Part shown: positions 39,376-52,069 of the stretch, one piece after another | Layout: every line of letters starts with the position of its first letter | Numbering within the stretch: position 1 is the stretch's first letter | Origin: Camelus ferus | Lineage: Eukaryota | Assembly: GCF_009834535.1 (NCBI RefSeq) | Contig: NC_045696.1 | Location: 52,268,001-52,332,000, forward strand | DNA: 64,000 nucleotides | Reading direction: 5' to 3' | Program-made: the position numbers and the translations under genes | The notes under the pieces: generated by a model | The model's database searches: none | Told to the model about the DNA's origin: nothing | The model's input: only the letters and a program-made list of their open reading frames with translations

Positions 39376-40704
39376 TTGGGTACAAGAACAGAATGTATTT
39401 TATTTTCTTTTCACCATGCTTTCAACCAATAATTTTGCTAGTCTTTTTAGCACCAATGTCTTTACAGAAAAGTGTACATAAATTCCTCAGTACATGTGCT
39501 AGGTTTCAGTGAACTTATAGTCTAAAATCAGCTTCCTTTCTAAATATGTTATAATACTTTTTCCCTTATTTGCATGCATTGAAGTACTCATACCATCATT
39601 TTTGTCCTATGGTTGATCTAAAATTTTTCTTGCCATTTTTCCTGATTAGCTATGTTTGGTAGGCCAGAATAGCTTAGCGTTACCTAATGTATTGGAGAGT
39701 TTGTTGTATATTCTGTCTATGAATATACATTCATAAAATGCTATAAGCAGTATCAGGAACATCTGGAGCTATGGATAGGTGTAGGGAAGGGGGAGGAACA
39801 AAGGATTATACAGGTGTCTCCAGATAGCTGTTTCTATTTGGGAACAGGTAAAGGGTTTGATGGTTTCGAGCCTCTCACTACCATTCATACTAGCAAAAGG
39901 AATGTGGGTCAATTAAAAAGAAACTGAGAGTGAAACTTTAAATGAAAGCTTTGAGGTTATCATTAAATAAATACCTACAAGTAGGTACACACAAATTGTA
40001 TATAGTTTGTTTCTACATATGACAATACTGTATTTGCAAAGTGTTTTCTAGCACAGATTCTCCTCACTATTCTTCAACAAAATAGAGTCAACTTTGTCTC
40101 CTGTATCATTCCTCCTGTGTAAATCTATCCTCAGATGGGTGTAATGTAGAATCAAAAATCAAACGCAATAATTAAAATTAACCAACTTTATAAGATCTAT
40201 ATGGAGATGGCTCCTGATTACTCAAAAGTATATTTATTTTTTGCTCAAAGAAGCACAAAAACCAAGTTTGCCTTTTTTCTTCAAAGAAATCTATCTAGCT
40301 ATCTTATAGAATTAGAAAACAACTCTGAGTTAACTCATTCTGTTATTAACTGCTTTCTCCAGTTAAGCAACTTTATGCACAGAATCACGTTCATAAATGC
40401 TATTACTGATATATCTATATAAGTGAAGGGGAACTGGTGAAAAAGTTGCATAAACTAATAAACTTATTATAATTACCAACTATAAAAGATTATCAGCACT
40501 TAATATTGTGGATCTATACTTGTACTGCTATGCTATGTTTGAATGCAAGGATCATTAAAATAAAACTTTTATCAAAGACTAAAAGTAAAAAGCAAAATCA
40601 AGTATCTTACATATACTCTTTCCTGATACTCCCCTACACATCACATCCAGTCACACTACCTGAAGCTAAAATAAAGATTCAAGCATCAAAAGTAACATAC
40701 CCAT

Positions 40705-40835
40705 ATTATTAGAGATGGAAGGGACCCTGAAGATGAAGAAGCTAAGGTAGAGATCCAAACAGATTATGTGACATGCCCAAGGTCATACAACTCATCAGTG
40801 ATAGCACTAGGCCTGTAACAATCTCTCCAAACTCT
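40705..40835 (-). mobile_element. MIR/MIR3 fragment
   Basis: agatgaagaagctaagg...gtgacatgcccaaggtcatacaac. Confidence 0.7.
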
Positions 40836-43800
40836 ACATCTGAAATTTTTGACAATGCGCACTAAAATGAGAGTTAAATCTAATATGAGGGATTGGTTAA
40901 TAAGTTAGATGCTGTCTCTTCAAGTTAAAAAACACTGCATTTAATGACTTCTACTTACTGGATTTTATATTCCTAGGAAAATAAGTTGAAAATAACATAC
41001 AAACTGGCTAGAAATAATAAAAATCACAAAGAAAATTTATGCTTTTTCTTGAAAAAAAAAAAAAAAAACATGGAAAATGCTTATTTTTTAAATCCAAAAA
41101 GAAGACGGAGATTTATTGCTGTGTACATGTATGGTATTGTTGGGGTTGGGTTTGTTTTGTAAATTGTTAGTGGTCCCCCAGCTTTCTTTTGTGATGGTTA
41201 TATATCCCAAACAGGGGTGCAAAGAAAATGAATTTCTGATAATTTATAAAGCACTTAACCATATATAAATAAGTAAGTCTCTACAAACTTATTAATGACA
41301 GTCAGTAAGAAAATGGTTGCCAGTAATTTCAAAACTAAAAATTCGAGTCTTTTTAATATTGTTTAAATTTAAAATAATTGTTTAAATCTAAAAAAAAAAG
41401 GTCAAAAGTAATTGAAAAGAGATTAAATCAGTATTCCTAATTCTCTAAACTGTGTATATTTTTCCTGAGGTGCATATTCATGAGCTGACAGTAGAGACAG
41501 GCTGGCTGCTTTGTTTGACTATAGTTCTGTTTACCTCATACTGTCAAGAATGGATTTTGACACTCACAGTATTAATATTGCTATTTTTATTGATATAATT
41601 AGCACTGCTACAAATAATTCCTCGGCCTGCCATATCTAAGTATATCATTACAATCAGCAATATTAGGGCTTCTTTTTCTTATATGATGCCTTAGAAACAG
41701 ACTGCTGGCCCAAAGAACCTCAATGACTTAATGATGTGGAAGTTACCAGACAAAAAGAATGTTGCCCTGTCAATAGAGACTACTGTTTTGTGTATGACTT
41801 CACTGAACAAACTAGTTTATATTTGTTTGAAAGTAAAGTTTCTCACCAATCTGCTGTTTCAATTTCACATCACACCATATTGTACCTAAAACAGGCAATC
41901 TGGATTCCTATTGCTACTTCCCCCCACTCCCCCCAAATAGCTCAGGAATGGGTTTGAAATACGAGACTTGAATATATAAACCCAAAAAATTAAGATACCC
42001 AAAATTCAGAATGGGTGGGTGAAAATAAGCATGCTTGAAGTCACTAGTATAACTGCTAATGGGTGGCCCACTTGTGAGTTTTTGATCATTACATGAAAGC
42101 AAAATCAAAACATATTTTATCTTGCCTCTAGATCACATCAGCTGTGACAATAACCTTATCTAGACCTTGAATAGTTTGTTCATAAAACAAAGTGGGGTGA
42201 CTGACCCAGTGCATATTCAACACAGAATCTGAAGGCCAAAACAAAATGACAATACAATTCAAAACAAGTTTGTGGAAATTTTAGGCTAGTATATTAAACC
42301 TTTCTTTGTCTCTATCACTTGACAGATGGTTAGCCTTCACACAGCCTAGTATCTCTGGCAAAGAAACGACTGTGTCTAGCCAATAACACCCCAAATTTTG
42401 ACTTAAAATGCACTGTACACATACTTACACTTACCTTAAAAATGTGGATATTATTAGATTGGTCATTATTTTATTACTTTAGAAATTTGACAGATGCCAA
42501 GATTTTATCTTTTACTTATGAATATCTGTTTTTGAAGCTCTCAACTGTCTTATTATGTGGGTCCAGGGTTCTAACAACTCCTCACTTTAGATTTCATTCA
42601 TTTTACGTGCTGCTTAGTAATCATGCTTTAAAAAAAAAAAACTTCCAAAATAACTGTCAATACAAAATTATTACACAATTTACAAAGACTTAATTAGCTT
42701 GTGTTTCTATGCTTCTCGGAGAAAAGTTTTAGTAACTAACAAAGCATGTTACACAAAATCATCTGGGCACTCTGAATGCCTTCCATATCAAGGAACACAA
42801 GGCAGGACTGAAATTATTTATCCAGCACTGGAACATGTCTTTATTCAAAATCTGATCATACATAAATATATACTTACACGCACATAGACACACATTGATC
42901 AACCACCCTTACTAAAATTAGGAGTTCTTAATTTTTTAACATTCTAATAACAATTCTTCCACTTTGCTTTTTTAAAACAGATTTCAGCTAAAACAATTTA
43001 TTCCATTAGTTACAGTCTCTGCTTTTCGTCCTAAATTTTCCTATTTATAGCTTTCAGACGCTGCCAGGTCTGTGTTGAAATAGCCACAGGCAACCACAAT
43101 GTTCTCTAAAGGGCATTAATATGTACCCTTTCTGGAAGAGGTGATTATGCTACAAATTAGCATAAATAGAGATCTAATGTAGGTATAGAAATTCAAGCCC
43201 TTCACAACAGGGGATGGGGAGGACTGGAGGTAGGAGGATTGTATGTAAAAAAAAAGTTATCAGAACTGAACTTGTATTTGACTAACAAAATAAAACTGTG
43301 ATAGAGAAAAATAAGGAAAATCTGAACTTATTTGAGAACTATAAACTAGGCTTTGGAAAGGTGAGACACCCCCTACTTGAAGCAAAAAACTCAGCATTAA
43401 ATCATAACTCCCTCAACCAGGCACCAAGTCTCTTTCTATCAGAAACCAAGGATTTTTACACCTACAGACTAAATGATTAAAGTAATGCTAAACTCTTCTG
43501 TAATGTTCCTCTTGCATTACAAATGGTCTATTAAATCAGAGACGTGCCAATCAAATGCTTTTGTAATTTGAAAGAAAGGTTTAAATAACAAAGCATTTTT
43601 TTGTAGGCCTTTCTCTTTTTCTCTCTTTAATGTCACCTATAAATTAATTAAAAATTTCCATCTTCTCTTGATAAAGCCACAACTGACAAAAATTTAGGCA
43701 CTTCATTTTCCAGATATATTCCTAAAACAAATTCTAATTGAAAAAATAAAATTAAGATAGTCTAGCTTATGTTTTACCACAATTTGCTAATAAGAAAAAG

Positions 43801-44164
43801 CTCTATAGGAATTTGTAGTAAATCCCAAGACATAGATTTCTTTTTAATATGAAGTAACACTTTAGTTATTTCAAAGGCATGCTTAAAATTATGAACAAAA
43901 AAAAAAAAAAAAAAGAAACCCCTATCTGTTGATAAGACCTACTGAAATGTATAGGGAATGTTTCATGGCAGTAACAAAGGGTACAAATAAGAAATAAAGT
44001 AAGCTCTTCCTTTCTCATCATTGACAATTGGTAAATACCTCCCTGCCCTTCAAATTTCTGTAAGCTTTTTCAAATCATATTTCCCAAAATGAGAAAACAG
44101 CTACATTTTAAAATTTCATCCAAAAAATATCTTCTCCTAACAATATGAAGTACATGAGGTGTAT

Positions 44165-44250
44165 GTGACATTAGAATGTAAACTCTACCTGGGCAGGTAA
44201 TTTTCTCTCTTGTTCACTTTTACAACCCAAGTGTCTAGAACAATTTAATG
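44165..44250 (+). mobile_element. L2 3' fragment
   Basis: tagaatgtaaactc...gggcagg...ttgttcact...gtgtctagaaca. Confidence 0.6.
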
Positions 44251-44981
44251 AATTTAAATATCCACTTCAGGGGAAAAAAAGATTTCAGAGAATAAATCAG
44301 AGCCCATCAAGCTCTACTTCTGTATTCCAAATGTTTTGAAGACTCTCCTTACTACTTACTCTAAAATATTCATAATAACTTGTAATTTGTTTATAAATTT
44401 TAGATCCTTTACAGGAATTTAGTTTTATCTTTTACTGCTCTTCTATAATGACCTAATTATTCAGTGTAGCCTTTTTTTCAGGAATTTCAATTTGGTTAGA
44501 AAGTCTTCTGAAGACTGACTACTTAGATAAAAATAATTCACTTAAAATGTTTTTTCCTTAGATTTTATTCCTATACCAAGAAGTCATTTTCATACTAATT
44601 TGATAGCAAGAGTAGTAGGGTATTTGTGGATTTCAAAAACTTTCTCACCTAACTACTTAGGAAACTGCAAAACTGGCATCAAATCAACTAGTAGTTCTGA
44701 ACAACCATCCCCTTACCCCCCACCTCCAACACACCAAAATTATAACCCTCACATGTAAGTTGTTCCTTCCTCTAGTATTCCATTTAAACTCAATACTGTC
44801 TTTCCATAGCTAGTCCTTAGTACACATTAAAATATATCTTGGTGTGGTAGTAACCTTAAAATACTGGCATCTTAAATGAACTAGACAGGTAAGCATAAAG
44901 ACTTCTTCCAAAATAATGGATTAAAATTTGACAATTTTTAGACAAATTTCTTTTCTTAGTCTGTTAAAATCAGGACCTCAC

Positions 44982-45076
44982 CATGAAAGGGCGTATTGCT
45001 TTGGAGGCTGGTAGCCAGTTAACTTGTCACCTGATCTTCATGTGCAAAAGGCCTTTATTCCAATGGTCTGTGAGAT
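44982..45076 (-). other. ZBTB20: 95-nt non-coding cassette exon
   Basis: Acceptor gtatttttggttttgtgatttcag| and donor CATG|GTGAGG; matches the recalled leader sequence. Confidence 0.7.
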
Positions 45077-46948
45077 CTGAAATCACAAAACCAAAAATAC
45101 CCAACTGCTGGACTCACTGAGCAGCTAATTATATTTCTAGAAAGCTCACTTCTCCTCACCTGTTTATTTGAGCACCATGTATTCTCAAGCCTAAAAGCCC
45201 TCCAAAATTTAGCTCAAAGGAAATCACATACCCAAAAATCTTAAGAATTAAACCTTGAGTGGTTAACAATGAGTAACATCAGCAATTTTTCAAGGACCAT
45301 TCTAAAAACTTGAGGAGACTACTCCCAAGAGAGCACAGCAGTATTACCACGCACTATTATGTGCATCAGCTTTGATATATTCTGATTAAGAAGGACAAAG
45401 GGCAAACAAGGGCATAAAAAAACCAATGTAAATTTTTGTCATTATTCTTTTCCTAGAAATATAGAAATACCTAGATCTAAAGCAGAAATAAAGAAAGTAG
45501 CCAAAATTGAACTAGTCAAATCCATATCTAAGAGTGTGGTTGTGTAGAAAAGCATATTTTAACCATTCCCACGTGATGGCAAAGGGTACATGGGATTAGG
45601 AGCAACAGGTAGGAAAGTAAACCATTTATGAATTTGCTGATAACTGCTTATTTAAATTTAATGCGTAAAGCTAGAAATCTTATTTAGAAAACGGTCATTA
45701 TAATTTATGTTTTAAAACTTTCAACACCAAGTTAACAATATAACTTTAGAAGAGAGTTTGCTTGAAAACACTGGGGTAATCAGTGGTGTCTGTTAATTTT
45801 ATTAGCTGAAATTAACATATGACCATACAGTGAGAAGACATTTAACATTTTGGTACTTTCAATTCTAAGAAATAATTAAGACAATTTTCACATGTCTAGA
45901 AGATAAACAAATTCAGTTTAGCTTGGGCCAGCGCTGATTCTTAGGACAGTACTTAACCAACAGGGTGCTTCCAAATTACTTCCTGTTTCATTCAGATTTT
46001 TACTGGCGAACTGTCACCCTGCTCCTGACCCCATTCAACTGAGTTCACTGTGAAGAGATCAGCGGATTACCGTGCTAGGTAGTGTAGCTGTACGCCATAT
46101 TGTGTTTTTCGCTATGTTTATAGTTTATGCATGTGCCTAGCATATGTTTGTGCAAGTGTGTTTATCAATATAACTTTTAGAAAATTCCTGCCTCCTGCCT
46201 CTTCAGCATCCTTAAAAAGGGTAACAGCTTCGGAAGGGTTGGTGGTGGTGGTGGTGGTGCAGGGTGGGTGGTGGGAGACCAGAAAGCCACACGGACAGTA
46301 ACGCATTAAAAGAGAGCGCATTTCTTTTAAACTTTCAAAAAGCTTCCAACCATTTTCTCTCAGCTATCAAAAAGCGTAAACATTTTTTAATGTTTCCAAA
46401 GGGGCCCAAAGGAGGAGAGAAAGAAGGAAAGGCGTGTCTTCCCTTCCCAAGCCCCCTCCTCTACAGTCGTAGCAGCGAAGCAGGCGGCGGCCGGTAGCTC
46501 CGGCGTCTGGAGGGGCGTCCAGCGGCTCTGGGGCCAGGACCCCCCCCCCTCCCCCCAGTTCTCTGAAGACGCTCCCGAGACCGCCAGAGCAATGGCAAGC
46601 AGGGGAGGGCGAGGAGGGAGGGGGCGGACGACAAGCGGGCGCCTCTAGCAGCTCCTGAGCCCCGGCTAGTCCCCCTCAGCTCCTCTTCTTGGAAGCGGCA
46701 GCTCCAGGTGCGGGGAGTAGAGAGAAGAAGGCAGAAGACACGTTTCCAGCTGCGGGACGCCCCGCCCGCTCCCGGGACCCGGGATCCGAGACCCTCCCGC
46801 GCTCCCTTCCTCTGCGCCGGGTCGGGCGATGCTGCTGCCGCAGCCGCCGCCGCCAGCGTGAGGAGGGGCGCCCGGGGGGAGGGGGCGCGAGGCGGGGCGC
46901 CAGGTGAAGGGGGCGCGCGCTCTGCCTGCCAACGGCCCGCGGGCTCAC

Positions 46949-47103
46949 CATTCTAATTCGCTTCCCCAACCGCACCCCGCGCCCCTCCTTTCCAGTCCCG
47001 CCGCCCCCCACTCGAAGTGCCTCGCAGACGCCCCGTCCCCCACGGCACGCACACACCCCTCCTTCCCGCCCGCCCCACAACAAATTAGAGTTTTTGGCGT
47101 TAC
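46949..47103 (-). other. ZBTB20: Alternative donor: extended exon 1 or alternative first exon ending in ATG
   Basis: Near-consensus donor AGAATG|GTGAGC at 46949/46948 inside the CpG island. Confidence 0.45.
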
Positions 47104-47175
47104 CTCCTCGCGCTCTTTAATCTTCTTTCCTCAACTCCTAAACTTCCCCCCGCCCCTACTTTTTCGGCAGAAGGC
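47104..47175 (-). other. ZBTB20: Non-coding exon 1 (TSS approximate)
   Basis: Donor GAG|GTAACG at 47104/47103, immediately downstream of the CCAAT cluster inside the CpG island. Confidence 0.7.
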
Positions 47176-47179
47176 CCAC

Positions 47180-47819
47180 ATTGGGCGCCTCACGCCGCGA
47201 ACCCTCTGTATTTTCCTGCTATTGGGTTGCTTTCATGCCACTCTTGGCTTCAGTGAGCCAATAAGAAGGGGACGCCCCTCGTGAGGTTGCCGCCCATAAA
47301 CAAAACACACTCTTCCTCCTCCCCTTACCTGTCCCCGCCCCCATCTGCCTCTTCCCTCATCTCTGCCACCTACTATTGGGCTAGAAGAGGCCCAATCCGC
47401 TATCGCAGACACCCATTGGGACACGGAAACTTCGCTCACAGAATGGTTAACAGGCGATTGGTCAACAGTCTTCCCATTTCCCCACCCCGACTGCCGCACC
47501 TTCGCCCACTCTGGAGAGGTCAGTCATATCTCGTTGTTCAGTGATCCGAGAGGTGGGAGGCTATTGGTTGAGAGAGCCCGTCAGACCGGAGTAGAGTGAG
47601 TCATGATTGGTCAACACAGACACGATCAAGTTTGGTTGTCTATCCCCCGCCCCTCCTCCTCGTTTTCTCCACGCCCCCGCCCCCTCCCGACTGCTTTTAC
47701 TTTCTACGCATTTCTATTTCCTCCTTTATTTATTTATTTGTGATAAACTTAAATGACCCGGCGACGGAGGCGGGACTCGAGGCGAGGCCCAGGATGACGA
47801 GGGACGGCCTGGGGCCAAT
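47180..47819. promoter_or_regulatory. Cluster of 10 CCAAT/ATTGG (NF-Y) boxes with GC boxes and an AP-1 site
   Basis: ATTGG at 47180, 47221, 47375, 47415, 47457, 47563 and 47606. CCAAT at 47258, 47392 and 47815. TGAGTCA at 47597-47603. Confidence 0.8.
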
Positions 47820-48837
47820 TGCCGAGGGGGCTGCCGGCTGAGGGGCAGCGGCGGCGGCCAGTGAGAGGCAGGTGTCTGGGGCGCGCTAGGCCTGTGGAGC
47901 CGGGATGCCCCAGCGGAGGCGGCGGTTACCCGCTGTCTGGCGCGGCGTGCTCGCGGGGGGAGCCGGGGGAGGCGAGGAGGGGGTGTCGCTGTCGCAGACG
48001 GCTGAGGCGGCTGTATGGAAGCTGGAGCCAGGGCAGTGGGAGGGAAAGCGGGAGAGAGGGTCTGGCGAGGCGGCGGCGCTCAAGGCCACGCTGGGTCAGG
48101 CTTGAGTACGGCGGAGTGGGGTGCAGTTGCCAAGACAGGAGGTCACCAGAGGCCGCTGAAGCAATGCCAGTGCTCAACGGGAAAATGTGTTCGTTCAGGA
48201 GGTTTAGAAAAATACTATGTAAAACAGTTCAGAGTAAGCCGTCCTTAATATAAATGAGGATATTATCTTAACGGGAAAAGCAGATTATGTTTTTTTATTA
48301 CTAAACGCCTGAAGTACCAACGACCCGACCAGAGCCCACAAAATTCAATATCCTGAGGGCTAGAAGGAACAAATAAAGCAACATGGAAAATTAAATGCGG
48401 TTCAGATGCTTCAATAAAACCTTCATTCTCATCCATTTGTCATTCAACATAGCACTCCCCAGAGCCAAATTCTTACCAAGTGCCGGTCCAGTACTCAGGC
48501 GATGGGGGGAAAAAATGAGGCTTAAGGCCGGCAGGAAGCTCAGGGAAAATTCCTAAAAAAGATTCCTAAAAAGGGCTAAGATGAAAAAAAAAAAAAAAAC
48601 TTTTCACTATACCCACCGCCCAAAATATCTGCCAAAATTAAAAGTTGCAGTATTTAGAGAACTTAGCAATAGTTTATCACCAAATAAGGGACTTTATTAA
48701 AGATAACATGCATACAAAGAGTATACTCTATATGCAATTTCGGAACAATATTTTTATAGGACATGTATTTGATGTATAGCGTTTAATAGTCGCAAGTCCT
48801 CTAAATTTTATCCTAGGCTTCTCTGGGACATACAGCA

Positions 48838-49266
48838 TGCTTTAAAGAAAAAAATCTTCATGATACTTGTTACAAATGGTTAGGCAGACTTTATTCAGGA
48901 TCATTGAGACAGGTAAAAATAGGACTATTGCAACTGAATTTTGCATGGGAGTGGGGAGAGGGATTTGGCTCAACTCCAAATATAGAATGGGCAAGTGGGA
49001 ATTTAGCCAAGGAACAAGGTGCGGGTCAGTGGATTGAAAATTGCTAAGAAGAAACAGGGGTAAGGGGGAGTTTTGGCTAAACAGTACTAACAGGATTCTT
49101 GCTGAAGAGAGACCAGGGATATCAGAAATTACCTTGGGAATGGTAGAAGATGAGGAACCTGATCATATATCTGGGGTAATTAGATGAGGGGTGGGAGGTG
49201 TCTTGCTAAAACTGGATTTTACAAGGAAGTGCATGGATGCCTGGCTTTGATTAGCAGTCTTTGGCA
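48838..49266 (-). mobile_element. MER31 (ERV1) solo LTR
   Basis: Reverse of recalled MER31 motifs: cctgaataaagtc, ggagttgagcc, cttcagcaagaatcctgttag, tttagcaaga. Ends tg(c)tttaaagaaaa and gtctttggca. Confidence 0.82.
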
Positions 49267-50319
49267 GAACCTAAGCAAAAAAAGTTGGAACTAGTGAAAA
49301 AAAAAGTACAAGGCCTTGACCTCATAAATACCATTAGATCTATCTTTTGAAGGATATATATGAGGGTCTCAGAATCCACAAAATTATTGCATCAGGTGTC
49401 AAATTTGAAGCCCAGTAAAGTGTACAAATTGCTATTGAGTCTGGAAGCAAAAACATTTTAGAATTTATGTATAAATCTTAGCTAAAATGTGATGTAGTGA
49501 CTGTATTCTGTACAGAGTAGTCAGCTTCACATGAGAAAATTCAGTAAAATGTAACAAAAGTGTTTAAATAGTTTAATTTTGTAACTTTTTCAAAGTGCAA
49601 TGGCCACCCTAAGTACTACTTAAAACTCATCCTTTTCAGCAAGTTCTTAAAGCTATTACTCGATATATGGGCATCAGAGTTGTTACAATTATAGTGATAA
49701 GGCTTTAGGAAAGCAATATGAAATACTCTAATTCAATATTAGTGATCAAGTGAGGCCTTGGATGTAACTGCCAGATTTAAGATTATACCAGTTCTCCTGA
49801 TGTTAGAATCTAACGTTAGAATGCTTCTGTCTGTGAGGAATGTTTCAGTCTTTATATCTACATTACATATGTACAGACCTTGACCACCAACCCCCCTCAC
49901 TGAAAATATACAAACATCCAAAAATATGCTTTTAGAATTCAATAATCATGTCAAAGGGTGAAAGAGATGTTTTCCTGGTTTAGCAATTAGCAGAATTGAG
50001 AAAAAGAATACGATAAGAATGAGGTGGTCCAAAACATGTGAGGGTGATGAAGTCATGATTGATAGAAAATGAAAATAAAAGTGATGCTTGCAGTAGAGAA
50101 GGATTTCATAAGGAATTTCTTTCAGTACCTAACTTGTTGCCTTCACAAGTCCTAAATAGTTTACAACCCATAAAGCTTCAAAAATATGTCAAAAGCGGCC
50201 AAACAAGTGTTAAATGAATTCTTCCCTTGTTGCAAGTGGGGAACCTTTGAATGCTTTATACATGTCACAAGTGTCAGCTTGTTTTCAGACTCAAGTCTGT
50301 GTGCTTCTTCACTATGCTA

Positions 50320-50840
50320 TTTACTCATTCATTCATTCAGTGTATATTAAGTATGTATTCATCACACTAAAAGGATATGCTCATACAGATGAGCATTTAA
50401 AATTGCCAGAAACTTAGAAACTAAAGATAAACAAGATATGACATTTTTCTCCAGAGTTCACTTGTGTATTGGGAAAGAACTAAAGGAATTAATTACTTTG
50501 CTAAATACATACGTGGTATATACAACATGGGAATACAGAAGAGAGAATTCCTAACTCCTAAGAATTTGAGAATATTTGTAATACACTGAACATATCACTA
50601 TACTGAATCCAAAAGTTAAGCAGATCAGATTGTGCTGTCAAGGGACTTTAGATTCTAATAAGGGCACTAATTATATATATACATTAAAAAAGATATTACT
50701 AGCCAAAATGAGAAGGATGTCAATGGTAGAATAAATTGCTATGGAAGATCAGGAAAGAAATATAATTTACATCTTGGTGAGGGGGTAGGAAATCAGGGAA
50801 ATTTTAGTGGAAGAAGTGACTTGAGGTCTTTGAAGGGTGT
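50320..50840 (-). mobile_element. L2 fragments
   Basis: attcattcattca tail, followed by aagataaacaagatatgac...tcaagggactttagattcta...atcagggaaattttagtggaagaagtgacttgag. Confidence 0.65.
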
Positions 50841-51379
50841 GTTAGAGAATATAACACCCTTCCTTAGGCACAGACGTATGAAATACACATCAGTTGATAT
50901 TCTTTGCGATTTATTCAAAGGCAGGTGCTACTTTTCTATAATATACTTGCCGTTAACCTGAGCAGATAAGAGCCAGTACCAGAATATTAAAAGAAAAATG
51001 AGTCTTTCATAGTGAAATGAAATTGAGTTAAACATCAAAATATGTTAGAACAACATGGCAATAATTAAGGTTAGACAATTACATCCAAAGCAGCTAAAGG
51101 GAGAGTTTTATAAATCCATGTGTAACCCAGATGCAATACAAGTTATTCTGGCCCTGGAAACATATAAAACTTGCCTTGAATTACCAAATCCAAAATATGG
51201 AAGAAGTCTAAAGCCCTTTGTAATATTTCATTGGATTAGCATGGGCTTGTATTTTCCTAATTTCCTGTACCCAGATATTCATGTCCATGCATGATATCTC
51301 TTTTATACCAAGCCATTGATTTAAGTGGGAAATTCACATCAAAGCCATAAGTTTTCACCAAAACCTCACTTGCATAATG

Positions 51380-51686
51380 AAAATATAATGGCTAAAGAAT
51401 GTTGATGTTAGGTAAAGGAGAGTCGGGGGAGGGGTGGCATTGGAAGAAGAAGAAATCTATTAAATGTTGTGGTGTTAGCCCAGGATAGGCAATCCCAACA
51501 AGGGAACAAAAGAGAATCCAGAAACAAGCAGACTCATGCATAAATAGAAATTTGATAATCTTGCACATCACTCACATAGATTTTAGGGGGAAAAAGACTA
51601 CTCAATGGATGATGATAGGAAAATGGGGGATAAAATTAATTGAATCTGTAGTTTACATAGTATAGATAAAAATCAATTTCAGATTT
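51380..51686 (+). mobile_element. Old L1 ORF2 fragment
   Basis: ggaacaaaagagaatccagaaac...aaatttgata...aaaatcaatttcagat. Confidence 0.6.
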
Positions 51687-51980
51687 TGTAGGGACTAGAT
51701 TATGTGTTCAACCTGCTAACAGGAGGTAGACACTAAAATTGGTAGTTCTGTCTGAATCACATGACTGGGTTTTGAGTGAAACAGTCCCCAAAAGGAGCAT
51801 AGGATAAACAAAAACAATAAATGTTCAGCATAAGGCTCAGGGACCTCCTTGTGTCCCTAGATCTAGTTGTGCTTGGGACCAGTTGCATCCCTATCATTCT
51901 GGTACCACAAGCCCCAATGATTTTTTTTTAATTGGTGTAGGTGGTTTGACTTCGGTTTGTGTCATTTGCAATTTGACATT
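51687..51980 (+). mobile_element. MaLR/ERVL LTR (MLT1K/LTR33-like)
   Basis: tgtagggact start; ccctagatctagttgtgcttgggaccag...ggtttgacttcggtttgtgtcatttgcaa end. Confidence 0.6.
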
Positions 51981-52069
51981 TGTAAGTCTTAGTTGATGTA
52001 CATTGACAGTTCTACAGTTTTATCTACATAGATCACACAATGTTTCATTGTTACAATTGAGCATGTTTT

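Larger units (their letters stand above)
1..47175 (-). other. ZBTB20: 5' non-coding part (leader exons and introns) of a large minus-strand gene, probably ZBTB20; the gene continues beyond the window start
   Basis: The minus strand reads ...GTTTAGGAGTTGAGGAAAGAAGATTAAAGAGCGCGAGGAG|gtaacg, then tttcag|ATCTCACAGACCATTGGAATAAAGGCC...GATCAGGTGACAAG...CCAGCCTCCAAAGCAATACGCCCTTTCATG|gtgagg. This resembles my recollection of the human ZBTB20 5'UTR. A CpG-island promoter and several short non-coding exons fit that gene. Not verified by alignment. Confidence 0.72.
46430..48200. promoter_or_regulatory. CpG island promoter
   Basis: Abrupt GC- and CpG-rich block in otherwise CpG-depleted DNA, with several CCCCGCCCC GC boxes. 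Confidence 0.95.

Noticed and set aside
43897..43914. A18 run as a retrocopy tail
   Set aside because: There is no adjacent poly(A) signal, element body or TSD, and similar A runs are scattered through the window.
46666..48253. Many overlapping ORFs up to 144 aa in the CpG island
   Set aside because: They are low-complexity G/P/R/A-rich translations on both strands, expected from stop-codon scarcity in GC-rich DNA, with no recognisable domain.
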